Shown one piece after another: positions 8,337 to 16,000 of a stretch of DNA of 32,353 nucleotides. Both the position numbers and the translations under genes were made by a program. Under the pieces are notes generated by a model. It was not told the origin of the DNA, searched no databases, and saw only the letters and a program-made list of their open reading frames with translations. This stretch comes from Anaerolineales bacterium (GTDB lineage: Bacteria; Chloroflexota; Anaerolineae; Anaerolineales; UBA4823): positions 9,708 through 42,060 of the forward strand of contig JBEQLH010000001.1 in the NCBI GenBank assembly GCA_040326075.1. The letters run 5' to 3'. Numbering within the stretch: the stretch's first letter is position 1; the number at the start of each line of letters is the position of its first letter.

Positions 8337-10232
8337 TCATCCTTTGACTTGCTCAATAACCTCTACTGCGAGGTCATAACGATTGAAGGCTGGCATCAAG
8401 TATATGCCGCCAGCAAATGAACGCAGCCTTTGGACCAGCTCGTCGGCTATACGCAAACCTTCCTGGGGGGCTTTTCCACCTGCGTCTTTCATCCGCCTCA
8501 TGATCACATCGGGAATGACGATCCCGGGCACCTCGTTATGCAAAAAAGATGCGTGGCGGTGACTGTATAGCGGCAGTACGCCAACCAATATTGGTATTGG
8601 CACCATCTCATAACGTTTTTTGTATTCATCAAGGAAAGTTTCGGCAGCCTCTGGTTGGAAAGTCGGCTGAGTCAGAATGAAATCAGCTCCGGATTCAATT
8701 TTTCGGTGTAGATTCGAAATTTCACGCTTCACATCCTGGGAGCTGAAGTTTAGTGCACATCCAACAAAAAATGATGTTGGCTGTCCGATCTCCACCCCGG
8801 CGAGATCAACGCCAACATTGAAGCCGCACTTTATCAATCTAATCAAACCAGAAGGAACCAGATCAAAATCATCCATCGCCTCTGGATAATCACCAATTTC
8901 CGTCGGATCTCCCATCACGACAAATACATTCCGGATATCCATTGCATGCGCCGCGAGCAGGTCCCCTTGAACACGTAGCAAGTTTCTGCCTCTGGTGGGA
9001 AAGTGCAGTACTGTCTCTACCTTGAATTCTCGCTGGATAAGATTGCAAACAGCCCACGGACTCATCCGCATGCGCGCCATCGGGCTGTCCGCGATATTTA
9101 TCACATCCGCTCCTGCTTCTGCAAGCAGACTGGCCCCTGCCATCAGTTTATGCGTCGATAAACCTCGTGGTGGGTCCATCTCAACTGAGATGACAAACTC
9201 ACCTGAAGCAAGCTTGATTGATAATTTGGATGGTTGATCTGCAGAAATCAGCTGGGGTTCGCTTTCCGCAAGAGAGATTCCGAAATCATTGGAAATTATC
9301 TCAATTTCTGGATTGGTCAATGCCTCATTCATTGCGGCGATATGACCTGGCGTAGTCCCACAACAGCCTCCAATCAGGCAGGCGCCTGCCTCTCGTAAAG
9401 CCAGAGTGTAATCCCTGAAGTAATCTGAGCTGGCAGGGTACATGATGCGCCCTCCCACCCTTTCCGGCAATCCGGCATTCGGCATAGCTGAAAGGCGTGC
9501 CTCAGGGACTGATTTATGCATCTGCCTCAGTATGCGGATTATTTGAGCAGGACCTCCAGAACAATTGACCCCGATTACATCTGCTCCTTGTAGATGGAGC
9601 GATTCTGCGACTTTGGCTGGCGAATCACCGAGTAAAGTACGGTCATCACGAGTAAAGGTCATTGAGGCGACAATCGGCAGATCACATACTTGATTCGCGG
9701 CTGCGATAGCCTCACCCATCTCGTAAAGGTCACTCATCGTCTCCAGGATGATCAAATCTGCACCACCTAGACATAATGCCTCGATTTGTTCAGCAAATAC
9801 CAGGCGTGCTTCCTCAGGCTGAATCCGCCCGAACGGTGCCAGGCGTATTCCCAAAGGACCCACATCTCCCGCCACCAGCACGTTTTTCCCCGACGCCATG
9901 ACCTCCTGCTGGGCAAGCTCTACCCCCGCTCGATTGATCTCGACAACTTGATCGTCCAAATCATGATCTGCGAGCTTGAAACGATTTGCGCCAAAGGTAT
10001 TCGTCTGAATAATCTGCGCTCCAGCTTCGATGTAGGCTTGATGGACCCCCGTCACTAAAGTTGGATTGGTCAGGTTTAGGGCATCAAGGCATTGATCGAA
10101 TCCGATCCCTTGTGCGTTGAGCATGGTACCCATCGCTCCATCTGCCAAAACCGGTTGATTTTGAGATTCGATCAAATCCAGAAAATTTATCTTTGCCGGA
10201 TACGATTTACTCTTATTTGATTTTTTATCCAT
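8337..10232 (-). CDS. yitJ: Bifunctional homocysteine S-methyltransferase / 5,10-methylenetetrahydrofolate reductase (YitJ-type fusion)
   Basis: The N-terminal half has Hcy-binding/Zn motifs (LADGAMGTML, GVNCSGGP, GGCCGTTPGHI). The C-terminal half is MetF-like (ISVEMDPPRG, HFPTRGRN, VVMGDP, ILTQPTF). Confidence 0.85.
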   Translation of the reverse strand: MDKKSNKSKSYPAKINFLDLIESQNQPVLADGAMGTMLNAQGIGFDQCLDALNLTNPTLVTGVHQAYIEAGAQIIQTNTFGANRFKLADHDLDDQVVEINRAGVELAQQEVMASGKNVLVAGDVGPLGIRLAPFGRIQPEEARLVFAEQIEALCLGGADLIILETMSDLYEMGEAIAAANQVCDLPIVASMTFTRDDRTLLGDSPAKVAESLHLQGADVIGVNCSGGPAQIIRILRQMHKSVPEARLSAMPNAGLPERVGGRIMYPASSDYFRDYTLALREAGACLIGGCCGTTPGHIAAMNEALTNPEIEIISNDFGISLAESEPQLISADQPSKLSIKLASGEFVISVEMDPPRGLSTHKLMAGASLLAEAGADVINIADSPMARMRMSPWAVCNLIQREFKVETVLHFPTRGRNLLRVQGDLLAAHAMDIRNVFVVMGDPTEIGDYPEAMDDFDLVPSGLIRLIKCGFNVGVDLAGVEIGQPTSFFVGCALNFSSQDVKREISNLHRKIESGADFILTQPTFQPEAAETFLDEYKKRYEMVPIPILVGVLPLYSHRHASFLHNEVPGIVIPDVIMRRMKDAGGKAPQEGLRIADELVQRLRSFAGGIYLMPAFNRYDLAVEVIEQVKG

Positions 10233-10237
10233 TGCAG

Positions 10238-11383
10238 TTAATTCAGCTCCCAGGGTGGTGTTCCACTCCCACCTGCCCCTCGCAAAGAGTCTCGAATCGG
10301 TTCGCTCACCTCAGGGAGCAAATCAGCAGCTGCAGCCAATAAACCAAAGCAGCCTGCGATCATCATATCCCCAAAAGGTACAGCAAAGTAAGGTCGTAAG
10401 GATGATTTTTGCATCAGGTTGCGGCGGGGACCGGTTACCGCTACTCCAAAATCGCCCTCTGACAACGATAAGGGCTGCGAATCATAGACCAGGGCTCCAT
10501 GTCCATGATCATCGAAAACCTCCTCATGTTTCAAACTTCCATCTGCCAGAGAAACCAATAATCTCTCTAGCTTTGGAAGATCGATCAGGCCAGTATGATG
10601 CTCAAATACGCCTTCAATCCCGGTTGGACCAAGGCGGAAACCAAGAGTATGGAAATTTCCTACATTCACAACCAGAGCTCGATTCTGGGAAGATAGATGC
10701 AAATCAAGCATCGCCCCCATCACTGCTGCGGGTGCAGTGTCCATTACAATTAATGGGGCATCTAATCCCCTGGAAGAGTTCACGACTGCCTGGAGGCGAG
10801 TCATAATCCGCGGTACCTCCCCACTCCGATATGCAAATGCGCTCAACCGGTTTTCTGCCGAGATACGCGAATCGAGATAATCGAAGCGAAACTGGCGATC
10901 CGAATAACCGGGAGGTGCGTCCCCATGATCAAAGACAGCCACAGCCACAGCATTCAGGTTGTCCAAGGAGACTCCAAAGGCAGCCAGCGATTGCTGGATG
11001 CCAGCAAAGTCAAAATCTCGCAGCTCAATCCGTCTTGTTTTTCTTTCTACTTGAACGGCTTCATCTTCGCTGACAATCTGGATCCCCATTTCTCTTACTT
11101 CATCCAGATCATCATTGAAGGAACGTGCAGCCTCTGGTGTAGCGAAGGCCTTTAATCCTGATTTTATATGATCTTCAACAGCCCAATGACTGGGTCCACC
11201 TCCCATTGTTACCCCGGTCAGAAGAACATCATTTCCAATCCGGGTAGCCTCTTGAACTCTGCGCCTGACTATCATTGTGGGCGAGGGAACCACCAGCTTG
11301 AAACCATTCTCCAGGTCAATTCGGGAGTCGTACAGGAATATGTCCTGTGTCCCTGTGCCAACATCTACGGCAAGTATTTGCAT
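10238..11383 (-). CDS. ASKHA (actin/Hsp70/sugar-kinase-like) fold protein, DUF1786-like; function unknown
   Basis: The N-terminus MQILAVDVGTGTQDIFLYD resembles an ASKHA phosphate-1 motif. Overall it resembles the family historically mis-annotated as 'putative pyruvate formate-lyase activating enzyme' (DUF1786). This family call is from memory. It ends 5 nt before the yitJ-like start. Confidence 0.45.
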   Translation of the reverse strand: MQILAVDVGTGTQDIFLYDSRIDLENGFKLVVPSPTMIVRRRVQEATRIGNDVLLTGVTMGGGPSHWAVEDHIKSGLKAFATPEAARSFNDDLDEVREMGIQIVSEDEAVQVERKTRRIELRDFDFAGIQQSLAAFGVSLDNLNAVAVAVFDHGDAPPGYSDRQFRFDYLDSRISAENRLSAFAYRSGEVPRIMTRLQAVVNSSRGLDAPLIVMDTAPAAVMGAMLDLHLSSQNRALVVNVGNFHTLGFRLGPTGIEGVFEHHTGLIDLPKLERLLVSLADGSLKHEEVFDDHGHGALVYDSQPLSLSEGDFGVAVTGPRRNLMQKSSLRPYFAVPFGDMMIAGCFGLLAAAADLLPEVSEPIRDSLRGAGGSGTPPWELN

Positions 11384-11577
11384 GCTTCACACCTTATCTA
11401 TCATGATCCTGGCAATCATAGCACAAAGAGTGTCCTAATATTGAGTAATTCCGATATAGTTTGTTCAATATGGTGAATTCTTCTTTCAATTTCTGTCGCA
11501 CCCGGGAGAAATGAGATAACAATCGCATGATTGCTTAACGCGGTATACTTTAATTATTCTGTTAGCAGAGGTTATCA

Positions 11578-13233
11578 ATGTCTCTTGAGTCCGAGCGCAA
11601 ACGTTGGGAAAATAAGACGCTCGCTTCGGCAAGCAAGCGATTTCCAGAGCGAAAAACCGAATTTAAGACTTCATCGAACATACCGTTGCCACCCATTCTA
11701 ACCCCTTCAGATTCTGAAGATGAATACCTCGAAAAACTTGGATTTCCGGGTGAATATCCATTTACCCGGGGCGTGCAGCCCACCATGTACCGCGCTCGCT
11801 TTTGGACTATGCGTCAATACGCCGGATTCGCTTCAGCTGCGGAATCAAACAAACGCTACCGCTACCTGCTCGGACAAGGACAAACTGGCCTCTCGGTCGC
11901 CTTCGACCTGCCCACCCAGATTGGATACGATTCAGATGATCCAATCGCGCACGGCGAAGTAGGAAAAGTAGGTGTCGCAATCGCATCGCTGGAAGATATG
12001 GCAACCCTTTTCCACGAAATTCCTCTTGGAGAGGTCTCCACCAGCATGACGATCAACGCCCCAGCTGCGATTTTGCTCGCCATGTATATCGCCGTCGCCA
12101 AGCAGCAAGGTGTAGAGACGTCTAAATTGCGCGGCACGGTCCAAAACGATATTTTAAAAGAATACATCGCGCGGGGCACATACATATTTCCTCCAGAACC
12201 TTCAATGCGCTTGATCACTGATGTATTTTCTTTTTGTCAGAAGGAAATTCCTCACTGGAACACGATCAGTATTTCAGGCTACCATATCCGGGAAGCTGGT
12301 TCTACAGCCGTCCAGGAGGTTGCCTTCACAATGGCCAATGCGGTCGCCTATGTAGAGTCTGCCCTCAGTGCTGGCCTCGATATCGATCAATTCGCCAGGC
12401 AGATTTCTTTTTTCTTCAATGCCCATAACAATTTCCTGGAGGAGATTGCAAAATTCCGCGCAGCCCGTCGAATTTGGGCAAGGATAATGAAGCAGCGATT
12501 CGAAGCGAATAATCCAGCCTCGATGACCCTGCGCTTCCACACGCAAACTGGGGGATCTACTCTAACAGCTCAGCAGCCGGAGAATAACGCCGTCCGGGTA
12601 GCTATGCAAGCATTGTCTGCGGTCCTGGGCGGCACACAATCCTTGCACACAAACAGCATGGACGAAGCCCTATGGCTGCCCACAGAGCAGGCAGTGCGAT
12701 TAGCTCTTCGCACTCAGCAGATCATCGCCCATGAATCTGGAGTAGCCGACAGTGTTGATCCTTTAGCCGGGTCTTACCTTGTTGAACACTTGACTGACGA
12801 GATTGAGCAGCGTGTCTTGACCTACCTGAAAATCATCGATGAGATGGGTGGAGCGATGGCTGCTATTGAGCGCGGTTACCCCCAGGGGGAAATTCAGGAT
12901 GCTGCCTACCTGTGCCAGCGTGAGGTGGAGAGCAGAGATCAGATCATTGTCGGTATGAACGCATTCGAAGTCAACGAAGACATTGATCTCGAACGCTTAC
13001 AAGTTGATCCCTTAATTGAATCTGAGCAAATTCATCGATTGACCAGGCTGCGAGAGCGGAGGGATTCTGCCCGAGTTAGTGAATTGTTAACCCATCTGGA
13101 AATTGTTGCTAGAGGTCAAGAAAACCTGATCCCGTTATTCATCGAATGTGTAGAAAATAAAATTACATTAGGTGAGATATGCGGCACTTTAAGACAGGTG
13201 TGGGGTGAGTACCTGCCACCAGCCTGGGTTTGA
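11578..13233 (+). CDS. Methylmalonyl-CoA mutase family, large (catalytic, substrate-binding) subunit without a B12-binding domain
   Basis: Motifs [27 protein letters not shown] and [11 protein letters not shown]. At 551 aa the protein ends before the cobalamin-binding module would begin. Confidence 0.9.
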   Translation: MSLESERKRWENKTLASASKRFPERKTEFKTSSNIPLPPILTPSDSEDEYLEKLGFPGEYPFTRGVQPTMYRARFWTMRQYAGFASAAESNKRYRYLLGQGQTGLSVAFDLPTQIGYDSDDPIAHGEVGKVGVAIASLEDMATLFHEIPLGEVSTSMTINAPAAILLAMYIAVAKQQGVETSKLRGTVQNDILKEYIARGTYIFPPEPSMRLITDVFSFCQKEIPHWNTISISGYHIREAGSTAVQEVAFTMANAVAYVESALSAGLDIDQFARQISFFFNAHNNFLEEIAKFRAARRIWARIMKQRFEANNPASMTLRFHTQTGGSTLTAQQPENNAVRVAMQALSAVLGGTQSLHTNSMDEALWLPTEQAVRLALRTQQIIAHESGVADSVDPLAGSYLVEHLTDEIEQRVLTYLKIIDEMGGAMAAIERGYPQGEIQDAAYLCQREVESRDQIIVGMNAFEVNEDIDLERLQVDPLIESEQIHRLTRLRERRDSARVSELLTHLEIVARGQENLIPLFIECVENKITLGEICGTLRQVWGEYLPPAWV

Positions 13234-13258
13234 TGTTAAAGGAGACGTATCCAAGAGA

Positions 13259-13651
13259 ATGCGTATCAACCACATTGCTATCCTCGTTGAAGATCTAGAT
13301 TCAGCATTAACATTCTGGAAAGATACTTTGGGATTGGAACTTGATCATATTAAGGAGATTCCAGAACAGGAGGCCAGGGTGGCTTTCCTTCCATCCGGTG
13401 AATGCGAAATTGAGCTTGTCGAACCAACCTCCCAAAGTTCTGGGATTGCCCGTTATCTGCAGAAACGTGGACCGGGAATGCATCACATCTGCTTCGAAGT
13501 CGACGATATCCATGATATCCTGAGCCAATTAAAGGGTAAAGGTGTCAGGTTAATTAATGATTCACCCCAAATTGATTCCGAGGGGAAAAAGTATGTATTT
13601 GTCCACCCTGAAAGTACTCATGGAGTCCTGGTTGAGCTGTATGAGCGGTAG
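13259..13651 (+). CDS. mce: Methylmalonyl-CoA epimerase (VOC/glyoxalase fold)
   Basis: Motifs MRINHIAILVEDLD..., IELVEP, GPGMHHICFEVDDI and HPESTHGVLVELYE. The start was moved to the ATG at 13259, with AAGGAG 10-15 nt upstream. Confidence 0.85.
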   Translation: MRINHIAILVEDLDSALTFWKDTLGLELDHIKEIPEQEARVAFLPSGECEIELVEPTSQSSGIARYLQKRGPGMHHICFEVDDIHDILSQLKGKGVRLINDSPQIDSEGKKYVFVHPESTHGVLVELYER

Positions 13652-13736
13652 CCAAACCTGAAATTGCTGACAGCCCAATCACAAATTCGATCGAAACTGA
13701 TTAAATATTTTTGATACTTAATCAGCTCTCTTTGCC

Positions 13737-14042
13737 TCAATCCTCCCTTTCTTCGATGAAAGCCCCTCCAGATATTTCTTGGTCTTTCAAATTCCGCCGG
13801 CGATCGAAATATAATTTAATTTCAATGCGTTGAAAGCATCCCTCTCGACCAACTATGGTCTTCCTGCAAATGTAGGTCTGATCGTCGGGTCCAGTATAAT
13901 TAATGCTCAAGTCATTGTATAGATTGATCCGCGTACTCAGCTTTTCCCCACATAGACTGCAGCTTACATAGATCCAGTATCCTGCTTCGTCTCCTCTCCT
14001 GTTTGAAGAGAAAAATTGGGGAATCTTCTCAATAAAACCCAT
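13737..14042 (-). CDS. Small Cys4 (putative zinc-ribbon-like) protein, function unknown
   Basis: Cys pattern CSLC-x33-C-x10-C (VSCSLCGEKL ... YICRKTIVGREGCFQ). The start at 14042 (MGFIEK...) lies 11 nt after the peptidase stop. The alternative start at 14075 would overlap the peptidase and has no SD. Confidence 0.4.
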   Translation of the reverse strand: MGFIEKIPQFFSSNRRGDEAGYWIYVSCSLCGEKLSTRINLYNDLSINYTGPDDQTYICRKTIVGREGCFQRIEIKLYFDRRRNLKDQEISGGAFIEERED

Positions 14043-14053
14043 TGATCTGCCTA

Positions 14054-15658
14054 TTATTTGGCTTCTACACCCCATTCTACATAAAATTCACTCAAATCAC
14101 ATTGGCAGGCTTTCTCAAATTCATCTAACAAACTTCCTGGAGAGGCGATTCGGTAAAGATTCTGGGAGGTATACGCTTGTAAGGCCTGGAAAAATGCCTT
14201 ATCACCAATTTTCTTGCGTAATTCCACAAAGAATATGGCTCCCTTTGAATATATCACCGGGCTGTATTCAGCAGGTTGATCCTTAAATGAATTCACCGGT
14301 TGTCCGAGATCAGTGTTCTCGCGGATCATTTCGACTTCTTCAGCACTATTTCGGAAGTAATCCACAGTCCCAGTGTACACTGGTGGTTGGTATTGTTCCA
14401 GGTAGAGAAGTGAACTAAAGGTTGTTAACGCTTCGTCTTGCCAGGGATGTTCAATCACATCGTTGCCAATAAGGGCATACCACCATTGGTGCGCGACTTC
14501 ATGGGCCATTACCGTGGTGAGCAAATACGGGCGCTCACTATCGAGGTGATAAAGCTCATCTTTCATCAAAATTAATCCAGGATATTCCACTCCAGAAGCC
14601 CGCTGTAGCGGCAAACTCACAATATCCATCTCTTTGTAAGGATACGGAGCGAAGAGTTCATTGAAGACCTCCAGTGAATCAATCGAGGCCTGCAAACCTT
14701 CCTCCCATCTTTGCTCTCCTCCAGGTAATCCCCATTGTTTGATCTGTACACCATTGGATTCCGCTTGAGTGAGGACAAAATTCGGGCTGGCTGAAATTGT
14801 AAAATCTCGGACTGGACCGCTGGCAAATCTATGCACTTCACTATTATCATCAATCGAATGCTGAATGCTCGATCCAGTTGTGGCTATTTGCATATTTCTC
14901 GGAGTTGCAACTTCTACCAGATATAAGCCAACCTCGCTGACAACTGCATCACCTAAGCCCACAACAGGTTCAGCTTGCCATTGACCATTTTCTCTTTCGG
15001 CAAGTATTGGATACCAATTCGTCAAAGTAACTAAGTTATCTTCTTCTGCATAATTGAAAATGCCGTAAGTGTCAGGTGAATTTTCAAACCCATCAGTCAA
15101 ATTCCCATTGAATTCCAACTCGATCACAGCCGTGTCTCCTGGTTTGATGGATTCATCCAAGGAGAGGCGCAATCCAGTTTTATCAGGCAGGAATACCACT
15201 GGTTCAACTTGAGTCCCATCCACATGGGCAGAAGTAACCATCAGATCTCCGCCATAAACGCGTTCAGTGTTGGGATAAAGTCTGAATACCAGGTCAGGTA
15301 AGGTCTCGCCAGTGAGATTGCTGTAGGTAATGACAGCTCTACCATCATACTGCGGGGAATCTTCATGCAAATTGAGCCATAATTCGTAGCATGCACTCAG
15401 GGGGAGTGAATTCCAATTCGGTATCAAATCAGAGATCAATACTGATTCTTGAGCTTCAAGGTCGCAAGCTTCCAGGACACTGGATATGTTCTCCGGACTT
15501 GGCGTAACATCCGAGGAATTGTTTAAATCTGGTTGTGCAGTCTCTACTACCAGATTCTCCTTGGAATTTAAATCACATCCCACTAATATTATGGAAAACA
15601 GCGCCACACAAACCGAATACCTGAAATTATGGAAATTTATTCTATATCTAGATAGCAT
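14054..15658 (-). CDS. M1-family zinc metallopeptidase (aminopeptidase N-like) lipoprotein
   Basis: HEVAH-x18-E gluzincin signature (HEVAHQWWYALIGNDVIEHPWQDE) and an exopeptidase-block variant GVEYPG. The start was moved to 15658 (MLSRYRINF...), with AAGGTG 6 nt upstream and lipobox LVGC. Confidence 0.85.
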   Translation of the reverse strand: MLSRYRINFHNFRYSVCVALFSIILVGCDLNSKENLVVETAQPDLNNSSDVTPSPENISSVLEACDLEAQESVLISDLIPNWNSLPLSACYELWLNLHEDSPQYDGRAVITYSNLTGETLPDLVFRLYPNTERVYGGDLMVTSAHVDGTQVEPVVFLPDKTGLRLSLDESIKPGDTAVIELEFNGNLTDGFENSPDTYGIFNYAEEDNLVTLTNWYPILAERENGQWQAEPVVGLGDAVVSEVGLYLVEVATPRNMQIATTGSSIQHSIDDNSEVHRFASGPVRDFTISASPNFVLTQAESNGVQIKQWGLPGGEQRWEEGLQASIDSLEVFNELFAPYPYKEMDIVSLPLQRASGVEYPGLILMKDELYHLDSERPYLLTTVMAHEVAHQWWYALIGNDVIEHPWQDEALTTFSSLLYLEQYQPPVYTGTVDYFRNSAEEVEMIRENTDLGQPVNSFKDQPAEYSPVIYSKGAIFFVELRKKIGDKAFFQALQAYTSQNLYRIASPGSLLDEFEKACQCDLSEFYVEWGVEAK

Positions 15659-15889
15659 ATTGATCACCTTATCAGGAACTAAAACCTGGTTATTCCCATC
15701 GAGATTGGAAATTATTATTCTAACAGGGATTATTTTGGTAAACCGGAATTGAATGAGAGCCCTCCACATTGAAGTAAACCGCCCTATTATAGGTGGGTCG
15801 ATCTACTAGTTTATATACCTGATCAGAAATACTAAGGTTCAAGTCGAAAAACCTGGGGGCACAATTTGTTATAGTCGAATTAGCTCGAC

Positions 15890-15956
15890 TGGTATAATGA
15901 AGTTTTGTCCTTCGGACTCACCAAGACTATCGGCAATAGAACTATTGTGCTATAAT
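15890..15956 (+). promoter_or_regulatory. Two candidate extended -10 promoters for uvrA
   Basis: TGGTATAAT at 15890-15898 and TGCTATAAT at 15948-15956. Neither has a good -35, and each abuts a 6+6 inverted repeat (see findings). Confidence 0.3.
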
Positions 15957-16000
15957 CCTCCTATTGGGAAACGGATTTACAGGAATGTTTGAGTAACCAT

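Noticed and set aside
11384-11577. Looked for a SAM (S-box) riboswitch upstream of the ASKHA/yitJ operon and a cobalamin riboswitch upstream of the mutase in the divergent spacer.
   Set aside because: Neither strand shows S-box core elements or a B12-box-like sequence. Only short 5-bp inverted repeats (CAATC-GCAT-GATTG) are present, too weak to call.
13697-13725. A+T-rich hairpin CTGATTAA-N13-TTAATCAG between convergent mce and the Cys4 ORF, considered as a bidirectional terminator. A similar short hairpin CGGAG-agc-CTCCG at about 8315-8327 lies between the small membrane ORF and yitJ.
   Set aside because: The stems are short or A+T-rich, with a large or minimal loop and no U-tracts. They are plausible but not supportable as terminators from sequence alone.
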